Origin: Candidatus Omnitrophota bacterium
GTDB taxonomy: Bacteria; Omnitrophota; Gorgyraeia; Zapsychrales; Zapsychraceae
Direction: 5' to 3'
Length of the DNA stretch: 64,000 nt
NCBI GenBank assembly: GCA_020053475.1
Contig: JAGVNC010000028.1
Coordinates: 551 to 64,550 of the forward strand
Positions 17,627-27,105 of this stretch are shown here, one piece after another. Position numbers and translations under genes: made by a program. The notes below the pieces were generated by a model. That model made no database searches, had not been told where the DNA came from, and worked only from the letters and a program-made list of their open reading frames with translations. Numbering within the stretch: position 1 is the first letter of the stretch; each line of letters starts with the position of its first letter.

Positions 17627-18898
17627 TTATCCAAATGCCTCGTTGAGGCGTTGGACGGTCTTCTCTTTTCCTAAAATGGAAATTGTGTCAAACAACCCGG
17701 GGCCCACTTCTTTTCCCGTTAGCGCAACTCGCACAGGATGAACCAAATCTGATGACTTTAGCCCTAACTCAGCGACGAGGTCACGGAATATTTTTTCCGT
17801 CGATGATGAATCAAACGGTTGAGTGTTTGCCAGCCGTTCACTCAGGAGCTTAAATTCTTTACGAAGATCGTGCGCCAGGTGTTTTTGGCGGATGTTTGCA
17901 TCGATGCGCAGGCTGTCTTCAAAAAGAAAATCTGTCCAGCCCCAAAAATCTTTGAGGGTCGTCATGCGCCCCTTATACAAATCCACGATGGTTCTTAGCC
18001 TCTGACCGTCGATCTGTTCCAATAAACATCCTTTTTCTTGAAGCCCTGGCTTCAACAGATTCACCAAATCATCCGTATTCATTTTTTTAAGATATTGACT
18101 GTTCAACCATTCTAATTTATCCATGGAGAAAATGGCGGCCGCCTTATTGACTTTCTTAATCGAAAATTTTTTGACGGCGCTATCTAAATCAACCACTTCT
18201 TGATTATTGCCCGGCGACCAGCCTAACAACATTAAATAATTGACCAAGGCTTGGGGAAGAAATCCTTCTTGACGATAATCGCTGACCGCAACCGCCCCTG
18301 TCCTTTTAGATAACCGCCCTTCCTCTCCCATGATTAAAGGCAAATGCGCAAATTTCGGCGGGTGAAACCCTAACGACTGATAAATGATGAGCTGCTTGGG
18401 CGTATTGGAGATATGGTCCTCTCCTCGAATGACACAGGAAATTTCCATTAACGCATCATCCACCACGCAAGCAAAACTATAGCTGGGAGAACCATCGGAT
18501 TTGATGAGGACCTGATCTTTAATTGTCGCAGTATCGAAGACGATTTCCCCGCGGATCAAATCATACAGCTTGATTTCTTGCTGCGGCATTCTTAAAATTA
18601 CCGCATCCCCTTCGGCAAAGGCTTTGTCTTCCTTAATCAATCGCTGGGCATATTCGCGGTAAATTCCAAAGCGTTCGCTTTGAAAATATAATTCGTCCCA
18701 TGTAAGCCCTAGCCATTTCATGCTATCGAGAATTTCGTCGACGAATTTTTGATCCGAGCGCTGACGGTCGGTGTCCTCAATGCGCAAAACGAATTTCCCG
18801 TTCTGCGCCTTGGCATACATCCAATTAAACAGGGCCGTTCGGGCACCGCCGATGTGTAAATACCCTGTAGGGCTGGGAGCGAATCTTACTTTAACCAT
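17627..18898 (-). CDS. gltX: Glutamate--tRNA ligase, 423 aa.
   Basis: N-terminus MVKVRFAPSPTGYLHIGGARTALFNW carries a class I HIGH-type motif; KLSKR-like LSKRTG is also present. Confidence 0.85.
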   Translation of the reverse strand: MVKVRFAPSPTGYLHIGGARTALFNWMYAKAQNGKFVLRIEDTDRQRSDQKFVDEILDSMKWLGLTWDELYFQSERFGIYREYAQRLIKEDKAFAEGDAVILRMPQQEIKLYDLIRGEIVFDTATIKDQVLIKSDGSPSYSFACVVDDALMEISCVIRGEDHISNTPKQLIIYQSLGFHPPKFAHLPLIMGEEGRLSKRTGAVAVSDYRQEGFLPQALVNYLMLLGWSPGNNQEVVDLDSAVKKFSIKKVNKAAAIFSMDKLEWLNSQYLKKMNTDDLVNLLKPGLQEKGCLLEQIDGQRLRTIVDLYKGRMTTLKDFWGWTDFLFEDSLRIDANIRQKHLAHDLRKEFKLLSERLANTQPFDSSSTEKIFRDLVAELGLKSSDLVHPVRVALTGKEVGPGLFDTISILGKEKTVQRLNEAFG

Positions 18899-18933
18899 AT
18901 TGGTTCATTGGAATTGAGGGTTCTGATGGGAAT

Positions 18934-19347
18934 TCAGGGTTTTGTTTTGCTGCCGATGGCCATTTTGCGCACAACGTCATTCAAGCGCTGCTGGTCTTTC
19001 TTCTCGACGCTTTCAAATTCAATCCCCAAATCATAACTTTGACCCTTTTGAGGAAATTCTTCCCGGTGCAAAACGTTCCACACAATCCGCCCTTTACAAC
19101 GGATGTGTTCTTGTAAATCCATTAAATCCAATTCCAGGTCAACCTCCGAGAATGTCTTAATATCTTTTTTCAAAATAAGACAAATTCCTCCGACGCCGAT
19201 GTTTTCTGTGTGCGCCAAAATAAATTCTTTTTTTGAGTCACCCTGATGGGCGAGAACCACCATGCACGGGTAATTTGCCCGTGGAAACTTTCTTCGATTA
19301 ATCCCATCCCAACGAGACATCCAGATCTCCTTTTTGATTGCGTTCAT
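18934..19347 (-). CDS. PilZ domain protein (candidate c-di-GMP receptor), 137 aa.
   Basis: RRKFPRANYP (RxxxR) and ENIGVGGICL (D/NxSxGG-like) PilZ signature motifs. Confidence 0.55.
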   Translation of the reverse strand: MNAIKKEIWMSRWDGINRRKFPRANYPCMVVLAHQGDSKKEFILAHTENIGVGGICLILKKDIKTFSEVDLELDLMDLQEHIRCKGRIVWNVLHREEFPQKGQSYDLGIEFESVEKKDQQRLNDVVRKMAIGSKTKP

Positions 19348-19431
19348 CCTCTGTCCTTGGGGAATGTTTTTTCATAGTATAACATACATCGAAAAAGAGA
19401 AAACAGGCATTCTTCATTTTCTTAAAATTTC

Positions 19432-20223
19432 TTATACGCACGCAAAAGGCCGTTGTAAACGCGTGACATTTGTCGCACGGCCGGAACGTTCGTCGATGGC
19501 GACGACAACGCCGCACAACCTTACATCTTTTTCAGCAACGCCAAACCGGACGGGCATGCTTGTCAAAAATCGCTTGATAATTTTCTCCTTATCTTGACCA
19601 ATCACTGAATCGTAAGGCCCCGTCATCCCCAAATCGGTGATATAGGCAGTCCCTCCAGGCAAAATTTTTTCATCCGCGGTCTGGATATGCGTATGCGTGC
19701 CGACGACCGCAGACACTTGACCATCGATAAAATGCCCCAGCGCGTTTTTCTCGCTGGTCGTTTCCGCATGCATGTCCACAATAATGATCGGCGTTTTTTT
19801 TCTAATCTCACCGACAATTCGCTTCAGTTCTTCAAAAGGGCATTTGACCGCGTGGCGCATAAAAACGCGGCCCAACACATTCACAACCCCAACGTTGATC
19901 CCCGCCGCCGTTGGTTTAATGCACCAGCCCTTGCCGGGAACTCCGTCAGGAAAATTGGCAGGGCGCAGGAGAAAGGGTTCGACCGCAAGGGGCACTTCCA
20001 AGTCTTTTTGGTCCCAAACATGGTCTCCCAGCGTAATGACATCACAGCCTGCTTTAAAAAACTGTTTGGCTAAAGAAGCGGTTAGTCCGGAACCTCCTGC
20101 AGCATTTTCGCCATTCACCACGACAAAATCGAGAGAAAATTCTTTTTTAAGATCATTCAACAGGCTTTCCACCGCCAAACGTCCCGGACTCCCGACAACA
20201 TCACCAATGCACAAGATATTCAT
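19432..20223 (-). CDS. ymdB: YmdB-family metallophosphoesterase (2',3'-cyclic-nucleotide phosphodiesterase), 263 aa.
   Basis: MNILCIGDVVGSPGR...VVNGENAAGG... It lies immediately downstream of rny, which is the conserved rny-ymdB synteny. Confidence 0.8.
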   Translation of the reverse strand: MNILCIGDVVGSPGRLAVESLLNDLKKEFSLDFVVVNGENAAGGSGLTASLAKQFFKAGCDVITLGDHVWDQKDLEVPLAVEPFLLRPANFPDGVPGKGWCIKPTAAGINVGVVNVLGRVFMRHAVKCPFEELKRIVGEIRKKTPIIIVDMHAETTSEKNALGHFIDGQVSAVVGTHTHIQTADEKILPGGTAYITDLGMTGPYDSVIGQDKEKIIKRFLTSMPVRFGVAEKDVRLCGVVVAIDERSGRATNVTRLQRPFACV

Positions 20224-21797
20224 TATTTGGCAAACTCCACCGCGCGTTTCTCGCGCAAGACAATCACTTTGATCTGTCCGGGATATTCCATCTCCTGCTC
20301 AATTTTCTGACGGATTTCTCGGGCCAAAACGATGGCTTCGTCATCATTAATTTTATCAGGATCGACAAGGATACGAATTTCCCGGCCGGCCTGAAGGGCA
20401 TAAGATTTCTGAATGCCTTTAAATGAATTCGCGATTCTCTCTAAATTTTCCAATCGCTTAACATACGTTTCTAATGTTTCCGCGCGAGCCCCGGGACGCG
20501 CCGCACTGATCGCATCCGCGGCGGCCACCAACGGGCCATAGACCGTCTTGGATTCGATTTCTTCATGGTGTGACTCAACGGCATTGGCCACCTCTTCACG
20601 CTCACCATATTTTCGCGCTAAATTACCGCCAACAATCGCATGCGTTCCTTCATCAGGATCTTGGCTGGCGACTTTGCCGATGTCGTGCAGCAAACCGGCG
20701 CGCATGGCAATCTTCACATCCAATCCTAATTGCGAGGCGATCGATCCCATCAGCATGGCGACTTCTTTAGTGTGCGCCAATCCATTTTGCCCATAGCTTG
20801 TCCGGAATTTCAATTTGCCGACGAATTTCAACAATTCGGGGTGCATTCCATGAATGTCTAAATCAAAAGCTGCTTTTTCGCCTTCCTCCCTAATAATATT
20901 TTCCAATTCTTTTTTGGCTTTCTCAACGACTTCTTCGATGCGGCCCGGATGGATGCGCCCGTCCGCAATCAGGCTTTCCAATGCAATGCGCGCGGTCTCG
21001 CGGCGGAACATATCGAATCCGGAAATCGTGACCGCCTCGGGGGTGTCATCGATAATAATATCGACACCGGCCGCGGCTTCTAACGCACGAATGTTCCGGC
21101 CTTCGCGGCCAATAATGCGGCCCTTCATTTCATCGCTGGGAAGAGGGACCACGGTCACTGTTGAGCCGGCCGTATGTTCAGAGGCGCATTTCTGAATTGC
21201 CGAGCTAATAATAAGACGCGCCTTCTTTTCTGCCGTTTCTTTAATTTCCTCTTCTGACGCACGGATCCGTGTCGCTTTTTCATGCAAAAGCTCTTCATCC
21301 AGGCGAGACAAAAGAAGCTTTTTAGCATCTTCCTCCGAAAGAGAAGCAATTTTTTGAAGCCGTGCCTTTTCTTCTTCCACAAGGCGAGCTAATTCTTGGG
21401 ACTGCTTGACCACGCCTTCTTCTTTTTCTTGCAAAACAGTCAGCCGTGCACTGATGTCCTTTTCTTTCTTTTCTAATAAATCGACGCGCTTTTCAATATT
21501 TTCTTCTTTAAGCAACAACCTCTTTTCGGTTTCGGTAATTTCATCACGGCGCTGCTTTGTTTCGCGTTCAAAATCTTGGCGCAATTTAATGGCCAAGTCT
21601 TTGCCTTGTAAGTCTAAATCTTTTTTCCCTATTTCCGCTTGTTTTGACGCGGATTCCAATAAACGGCGGGCCTTTTCTTCACTGTCCTTTAATTTTTTAC
21701 CGACAAAAAATCCTCGCAAAAAATAACCTGCCAAAATAAGGGCGATCGCCAAAAATGATAAGGAAAAACTTTGAGTATATGCATTTGCTTCTACCAT
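20223..21797 (-). CDS. rny: Ribonuclease Y (N-terminal TM helix, coiled coil, KH and HD domains), 524 aa.
   Basis: KH motif IIGREGRNIRALEAAAGVDII and HD motif LLHDIGKV. Confidence 0.9.
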   Translation of the reverse strand: MVEANAYTQSFSLSFLAIALILAGYFLRGFFVGKKLKDSEEKARRLLESASKQAEIGKKDLDLQGKDLAIKLRQDFERETKQRRDEITETEKRLLLKEENIEKRVDLLEKKEKDISARLTVLQEKEEGVVKQSQELARLVEEEKARLQKIASLSEEDAKKLLLSRLDEELLHEKATRIRASEEEIKETAEKKARLIISSAIQKCASEHTAGSTVTVVPLPSDEMKGRIIGREGRNIRALEAAAGVDIIIDDTPEAVTISGFDMFRRETARIALESLIADGRIHPGRIEEVVEKAKKELENIIREEGEKAAFDLDIHGMHPELLKFVGKLKFRTSYGQNGLAHTKEVAMLMGSIASQLGLDVKIAMRAGLLHDIGKVASQDPDEGTHAIVGGNLARKYGEREEVANAVESHHEEIESKTVYGPLVAAADAISAARPGARAETLETYVKRLENLERIANSFKGIQKSYALQAGREIRILVDPDKINDDEAIVLAREIRQKIEQEMEYPGQIKVIVLREKRAVEFAK

Positions 21798-21866
21798 GAG
21801 AATCTCCTCTCCAAAAGTAGACTGGTGCGCAACGATTAAAAAATAAATACTGATTTAGGAAAACGA

Positions 21867-22424
21867 TTAATTGACAAGAACATGAGTCACGGCGACATCA
21901 TGGTCCTGGCGGGGAAGTTGCTCAACGATTTGAAAATCAAAGGCGAGACCTACAGTTGGAACGCTTGAAGGTAATTTTTCTAGAAATCGGTCATAGTAAC
22001 CCGCGCCTCGGCCCAAACGGTGGTTTTCTTTATCAAAGGCAAGGGCAGGAACAATAACCATGTCAATTTCATCAAACGTTAGAGGGCTGGATCCCGGGGC
22101 TTTTGGCTGGACAATGCCATAAGGCCCTGGTTCCAAACGACCTTCTAAATTTTCCAATAAAGTAGGAATCAATGTTCGTTGTTGTTGAAACACTCTAGGC
22201 AACCCTATTTTCTTTCCCATTTGGAATACTTTTTTCATCATGGAAAACGTCTCGACTTCCCCGTCAAAAGATGCATAAAACAAGATTAAAGATGCTTGTT
22301 CGAATTCCCGCATCTTAAAAAGCTTATCTTGAATGATCAAGCTTTTTGTTAATCGCTCTTCCTCCTTCTGATTTCTTAAAAGCGTTACGAGCCTTTCTCT
22401 AAGGATTTGTTTTCTATGTTTCAC
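21867..22424 (-). CDS. ygfA: 5-formyltetrahydrofolate cyclo-ligase, 185 aa (GTG start).
   Basis: Motifs GRGAGYYDRFL and DMVIVPALAFD of the 5-FTHF cyclo-ligase family. Confidence 0.8.
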   Translation of the reverse strand: MKHRKQILRERLVTLLRNQKEEERLTKSLIIQDKLFKMREFEQASLILFYASFDGEVETFSMMKKVFQMGKKIGLPRVFQQQRTLIPTLLENLEGRLEPGPYGIVQPKAPGSSPLTFDEIDMVIVPALAFDKENHRLGRGAGYYDRFLEKLPSSVPTVGLAFDFQIVEQLPRQDHDVAVTHVLVN

Positions 22425-22554
22425 TGAAACACTTCATTGTTAATGATTGTGGGTTACACAATTGGGGGTATCTTAGCATTTTTTAAAAAATTAGACAACA
22501 ATAAATTTAGGGGTATAAATACTTGTAAATTAATGAGATAGGGTGGAGGGAATC

Positions 22555-22745
22555 ATAAAAATCCCCGCCTGTGCCGTCGGAGCAGATAAGTGGTGAACCA
22601 GTTCACCAAGTGGGAGCCTCTTTAAGCTGTCCAAGGACAGCCTAAAAGATAAGCGATTGGCGGCTTATAAAAGCCGGCAATATGTCCCTTAACAAAAGTA
22701 TTGGTTCTTTTAATCATGCCCCTAACGTACACTGCAGGGATTTAA
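22555..22745 (-). ncRNA. ssrS: Candidate 6S-like regulatory RNA of about 190 nt. It has its own extended -10 promoter and 5'/3' ends that form an irregular closing stem of at least 20 bp. It is upstream of the ygfA (MTHFS) gene.
   Basis: Promoter TGaTATAAT (22750-22758, inside the 3' end of pheT). The predicted 5' end AAAUCCCUGC pairs with GCGGGGAUUU at the 3' end, followed by UUUUAUG. Three perfect internal hairpins lie at 22588-22603, 22626-22641 and 22657-22676. The conserved ssrS-ygfA synteny comes from established knowledge. Confidence 0.4.
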
Positions 22746-22780
22746 TCGGATTATATCACGGCTGGGAAGGAAATCCAGTT

Positions 22781-24814
22781 TTATCTAATCATGGCGCTGC
22801 AATCACGGGCAAGCGTTTGCACAAGGCCTTCATGGGCCGTATTGACTTCTTGTTCCGTTAGCGTGCGCTCACTGGACTGATAAATGAACGAAATAACGAT
22901 CCCTCGGCGGTCAGGGGCAATCTTTTCTCCTAAATATTGCTCAACAAAACGCACTTTGGACAAGATGGGAATGTGTTGTCGGTGGATTACATTAAGCACG
23001 TCTTGATAAAAAATGCTTTTGGGCACCGCCAAACTGACATCGCGAACAATCGCCGGATATTCTGATAAAGAAGCAAAAGGCGGTGGGGATTGAACTGTTG
23101 AATAAACAGCTTCTAAATCCAATTCGGCATAAAATACGTGGGGCTGTTTAATACCAAATTGCTGCAAAATTGTTTGATTGATTTTACCCAAAAACCCAAT
23201 GTGTTTGTCGTCATCCCGGATAACAGCGCCTTGCCTTGGCTCAAAGATAGGGAGCTCTTGCGGCTCGACAACCCACTGAGGATGTTGAATCGACCCGACA
23301 GACTCGATGAAAGCCCCTTTAAGATCGTAAACATCAACCTCTTCGCCCCCTTGCGGTTTCCGCCAATCTTGAGTACGAGTCCCCGCCATGATCATGGCTA
23401 GCGTTTCTCGCTCCCCTTCTTTCATATAAATCTTTCCTGTCTCAAAAAATTTTAAATCCTTTTCCCCATGATTCATGTTCATCTGGACAATCTTTAACAG
23501 GCTGGGGAATAACGAAGGACGCATCATCTCTTGATCTTGCGAAAGAGGGTTGACAACTCTTAGGCTCGGCAAATGATCTAATTTTGCTTTTGTTAAATCG
23601 CTACGATGGATCATCGAATAACTAACCACCTCATCAAATCCTTGGGCTTGGCACTGGATTTTTAATTGATTTCTAAGCTGACGCCTAGGATCGGGAGCAA
23701 CGTTCGTGGCGCTGATGCAAGGAAGCCGGGACGGGACCTCTTCATACCCGATGATCCTGGCAACCTCTTCCATCAGGTCTTCTTGGCCCACCACATCCCG
23801 GCGAAAAGACGGAGGGCAAACATGCCAGACGCCTTTGTCTCCTTTGTCGACGACAAAATCCAGGCTGGTAAAAATACGTTGGCATTCGGCAGAAGTCAGT
23901 TGTACACCTAAAAAAGAGTTGATTGCTTCGCATGATACAGAAATAACGGGTTTCTCCATGTGTTTTTTCCCGACACGGACGTCCGCCGCTTGGACCAACA
24001 ATCCCCCGGCGTTCTTTAAAATCAACATAACGGCGCGTTCGGCGGTTGTCTTCACGCTGCCGGGGTCGACCCCGCGCTCAAATCGATACGACGAATCGCT
24101 GCTTAACCCTAATTTGCGTGAAGCTCGACGGATAAGAATAGGGTTGAAATACGCGCTTTCCAATAAAATATTTTTTGTTTGGGCTGTCACTTCCGTGCCC
24201 TTGCCCCCCATAATCCCGGCAATGGCCACAGCCTGTCTTGCATCAGCAATGACCAAAATTGACGGATCAAGCGTGCGTTCAACATTATCGATTGTAACGA
24301 TTGTCTCGCCGGCGTGCGCCCGGCGGACAATGATTTTCTGGCCGCTTAATTTATCATAATCAAAAGCGTGCAAAGGTTGCCCTGTTTCCATTAAACAAAA
24401 ATTCGCGATGTCCACAACGTTATTAATGGAGCGGACCCCAATGCTTTTTAATCGTTTTGTCATCCAGAGCGGTGTTTTATCCATATCCACGCCTTCGATC
24501 ACGCAGGCGATGTACTGCTGGCATCCTTCTTTATCCAGGATCGTGACAGGGAATTTTTTTGATGGCCACTTGATTTTCGACAGGGGCGGAAATTCTTTTT
24601 TCTTCCCTAAGATAGCCGCCGCTTCGCGCGCTATCCCTAATACGCTTAAACAATCGGCGCGATTAGGGGTGACTTCAATCTCGAAAATCATGTCGCCATC
24701 GACCGAGTAAATGCGCTCCACTTCCATGCCGGCCATGCTGAATTTATGCGCCAGTGTTTTGCCGGGGATTCCGACGGCAACGTAATCTTTTAGCCAATTG
24801 AGACTTATTTTCAT
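22781..24814 (-). CDS. pheT: Phenylalanine--tRNA ligase beta subunit, 677 aa (short form).
   Basis: B3/4, B5 and FDX-ACB-like regions. Immediately downstream of pheS. Confidence 0.85.
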   Translation of the reverse strand: MKISLNWLKDYVAVGIPGKTLAHKFSMAGMEVERIYSVDGDMIFEIEVTPNRADCLSVLGIAREAAAILGKKKEFPPLSKIKWPSKKFPVTILDKEGCQQYIACVIEGVDMDKTPLWMTKRLKSIGVRSINNVVDIANFCLMETGQPLHAFDYDKLSGQKIIVRRAHAGETIVTIDNVERTLDPSILVIADARQAVAIAGIMGGKGTEVTAQTKNILLESAYFNPILIRRASRKLGLSSDSSYRFERGVDPGSVKTTAERAVMLILKNAGGLLVQAADVRVGKKHMEKPVISVSCEAINSFLGVQLTSAECQRIFTSLDFVVDKGDKGVWHVCPPSFRRDVVGQEDLMEEVARIIGYEEVPSRLPCISATNVAPDPRRQLRNQLKIQCQAQGFDEVVSYSMIHRSDLTKAKLDHLPSLRVVNPLSQDQEMMRPSLFPSLLKIVQMNMNHGEKDLKFFETGKIYMKEGERETLAMIMAGTRTQDWRKPQGGEEVDVYDLKGAFIESVGSIQHPQWVVEPQELPIFEPRQGAVIRDDDKHIGFLGKINQTILQQFGIKQPHVFYAELDLEAVYSTVQSPPPFASLSEYPAIVRDVSLAVPKSIFYQDVLNVIHRQHIPILSKVRFVEQYLGEKIAPDRRGIVISFIYQSSERTLTEQEVNTAHEGLVQTLARDCSAMIR

Positions 24815-24820
24815 AAAAAA

Positions 24821-25831
24821 TTAAAATTGTTTTAAAAATCGCTGGTCGTTCTCAAAAAAAACACGGATATCCTGAATCCCGTAACGCAACATGGCAATCC
24901 GCTCGACTCCTAAGCCAAACGCCAACCCGGTGTATTTCCCCTCAGGGTATCCAACCGCTTTAAAAACGGCCGGATGCACCATGCCGCATCCCATAATCTC
25001 TAACCATTCTTTCTTGCCATGCTTCCACGAAATATCCACTTCGGCCGAAGGCTCGGTAAACGGAAAAAAATGCGGCCGAAAGCGCATTTGGATGTCCGGG
25101 CCAAAAAATCGTTGGCAGAATGTCGTTAACAGCCCCTTGAGATGGAAAAATTTGACATCGTCCGCAACTAACAACCCCTCGATTTGATGAAACATAAACG
25201 AATGACTGGCGTCGACGGCGTCCGGACGGTAGACCTTCCCCGGAATAATGACGGCCAGCGGCGGCTTGTGCGCCTTCATGATACGGACTTGGCCGGGAGA
25301 CGTATGGCTGCGCAGCAATAATTTTTTTGTTTTATCGCCGGGGTCGGCGACATCCAGATAAAACGTATCAAACCCGTCGCGGGAAGGATGATCGGCCGGG
25401 ATGTTTAACCCCTCAAAGTTGTTTTCTTCGCTTTCAATCTCCGGGCCCTCCATAACGGCAAACCCTAATTTCTCAAACAACCCACAAATTTCATCGATCG
25501 CCTGAGATAGAATGTGACGATGCCCGACGGGCCAACCAATCCCGGGCAATGTAACATCAAAAAATGGCGAAGAGGCGCTTTTTTTTGTTTGCTGGACCTC
25601 ATCTTTCTTGGCGTTAATCAATTGCGTTAAAAGATTTCTTAGCTCATTGACCTGCTTGCCGACAAGGGGCTTTTCTTCGGGCGAAAGACGGGGAAGGGAA
25701 TCAAAAATATCCGAGACTAAGCCTTTCTTGCCTAAATATTTAATCCGAAAGGCTTCGAGGGCCTGTAGATCGTGGACGCCTTCAATGTCCTGATGAACAC
25801 CTTGATGGATTTGAGCAAAATCCCAAGCCAT
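24821..25831 (-). CDS. pheS: Phenylalanine--tRNA ligase alpha subunit, about 336 aa, starting at the internal ATG 25829-25831 (RBS AAGGA). The ORF track starts at TTG 25861.
   Basis: Class II aaRS motifs. N-terminus MAWDFAQIHQGVHQDIEGVHDLQALEAFRIKYLGKKG. Confidence 0.85.
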   Translation of the reverse strand: MAWDFAQIHQGVHQDIEGVHDLQALEAFRIKYLGKKGLVSDIFDSLPRLSPEEKPLVGKQVNELRNLLTQLINAKKDEVQQTKKSASSPFFDVTLPGIGWPVGHRHILSQAIDEICGLFEKLGFAVMEGPEIESEENNFEGLNIPADHPSRDGFDTFYLDVADPGDKTKKLLLRSHTSPGQVRIMKAHKPPLAVIIPGKVYRPDAVDASHSFMFHQIEGLLVADDVKFFHLKGLLTTFCQRFFGPDIQMRFRPHFFPFTEPSAEVDISWKHGKKEWLEIMGCGMVHPAVFKAVGYPEGKYTGLAFGLGVERIAMLRYGIQDIRVFFENDQRFLKQF

Positions 25832-25863
25832 GTTGTTTGGTCCTTGTGCGAACGCTAACAAAT

Positions 25864-25884
25864 TGGGCCCTTGTTCACAGGGCC
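25864..25884 (-). promoter_or_regulatory. Hairpin GGGCCCU-N7-AGGGCCC in the rplT-pheS intergenic region, a possible attenuator or partial terminator.
   Basis: Perfect 7-bp inverted repeat read directly. It is followed on the minus RNA by AAUUUGUU. Confidence 0.35.
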
Positions 25885-25928
25885 CTCAATGCAAAATGAT
25901 CACTAGGAATATCCTGAACCCATCGCCT

Positions 25929-26318
25929 CTAATCTTTGGCTTTATCTGTCGCCTTGGCTTGTGCAGATGATGTGTCTTTGGATAGTTTAATCAGTTTTTT
26001 AAAAGCTGCGGGAGAATGGATTGCCATTTCCGACAAAACTTTGCGATCAATCGCTACTTGCGCGTCGATTAGTCCTTTGATAAAACGGCTGTAATTGAGC
26101 CCTTCTTCCCGACAAGCGGCGTTGATCCGAACGATCCACAACCTTCGGATCTCACGTTTTCTGACCTTACGGTCACGATATTGATAAGTTAACCCTTTGC
26201 GTAGGGAACGCAACGCCTGCGCATGTCGTTTACTACGCTGAGCGTATTGCCCCTTCGCTTGTTTCAGGACTCTCTTTTTGCGTCTTTTTGACGATGCTGC
26301 ATGCTTGACTCTAGCCAT
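25929..26318 (-). CDS. rplT: 50S ribosomal protein L20, 129 aa.
   Basis: Basic protein [23 protein letters not shown]... in the infC-rpmI-rplT cluster. Confidence 0.9.
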   Translation of the reverse strand: MARVKHAASSKRRKKRVLKQAKGQYAQRSKRHAQALRSLRKGLTYQYRDRKVRKREIRRLWIVRINAACREEGLNYSRFIKGLIDAQVAIDRKVLSEMAIHSPAAFKKLIKLSKDTSSAQAKATDKAKD

Positions 26319-26508
26319 AAGGCAATAGCCTCCTTATTTTTTTCAAATCAGCCGACGAGACATAACTGCTGTGGCGCAGTCGGCGCTTGGCTTTGCGTGA
26401 TTTCTTACGCAAAATATGTCCTCGGCGGGCGCTTCGCTTCTTTAATTTTCCCGACTTGGTGCGCCGGAACCTTTTTGCAGCGGAACGATTCGTTTTTAAT
26501 TTCGGCAT
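26311..26508 (-). CDS. rpmI: 50S ribosomal protein L35, 65 aa.
   Basis: [24 protein letters not shown]..., typical L35. Confidence 0.9.
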   Translation of the reverse strand: MPKLKTNRSAAKRFRRTKSGKLKKRSARRGHILRKKSRKAKRRLRHSSYVSSADLKKIRRLLPYG

Positions 26509-26560
26509 AATGTAATTTCCTTTCCCATATCCAAGTTAATCCGGCACTTGGCAGATTGAC

Positions 26561-27091
26561 TCACGAACTTTTGGCCGCCTTTTCCGCCTGCGGAGCAAAG
26601 ACAACAGACATCACCCGGCCTTCTAAAAACGGAGATGATTCCGGCTGCCCATATTCTTTCAAGTCAACAATCGAACGCTCCACAATTTTTTGGCCGATAT
26701 CCCTGTACATTAATTCCCGCCCGCGGTAAAACATATTGATTTTAACTTTATCTTTTTTGTTCAAAAACCCGATCGCTTGCTTAATCTTGATTTGATAATC
26801 ATTCTCATCAATATGCGGCTTCATGCGGATTTGCTTTAAGTGGACAACCTTTTGATTGCGGCGCATTTTCCGTTCTTTTTTCTCCTGATCATATTTATAT
26901 TTGCTAAAATCCATGATGCGGCAAACCGGAGGCTTCGCCGTCGGAGAAATCTCGACAAGGTCCAACTCATGTTCTTTGGCCAATTCAATGGCCCGCTTGA
27001 TCATGACAACGCCCAGCTGTTCGGCCTCAGGGCCGATGACCCGTACCTCCGGGGATTTAATACGCTCATTGACACGAATAAATTTTTGGAT
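26561..27091 (-). CDS. infC: Translation initiation factor IF-3, about 177 aa, with a non-AUG start. AUC at 27089-27091 lies 6 nt after RBS AAGGAGGG; an in-frame AUU at 27077-27079 is the alternative. The ORF-track ATG at 27004 truncates the N-terminal domain.
   Basis: The in-frame upstream translation IQKFIRVNERIKSPEVRVIGPEAEQLGVVMIKRAIELAKE matches the IF3 N-domain. Unusual start codons in infC are known. Confidence 0.75.
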   Translation of the reverse strand: MQKFIRVNERIKSPEVRVIGPEAEQLGVVMIKRAIELAKEHELDLVEISPTAKPPVCRIMDFSKYKYDQEKKERKMRRNQKVVHLKQIRMKPHIDENDYQIKIKQAIGFLNKKDKVKINMFYRGRELMYRDIGQKIVERSIVDLKEYGQPESSPFLEGRVMSVVFAPQAEKAAKSS

Positions 27092-27105
27092 AGGATTCCC
27101 TCCTT

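Noticed and set aside
22588-22676. The three perfect hairpins downstream of pheT read as tandem rho-independent terminators.
   Set aside because: None is followed by a convincing U-tract on the minus strand. They sit inside a unit with its own promoter and end-to-end pairing. They are treated as part of a candidate ncRNA.
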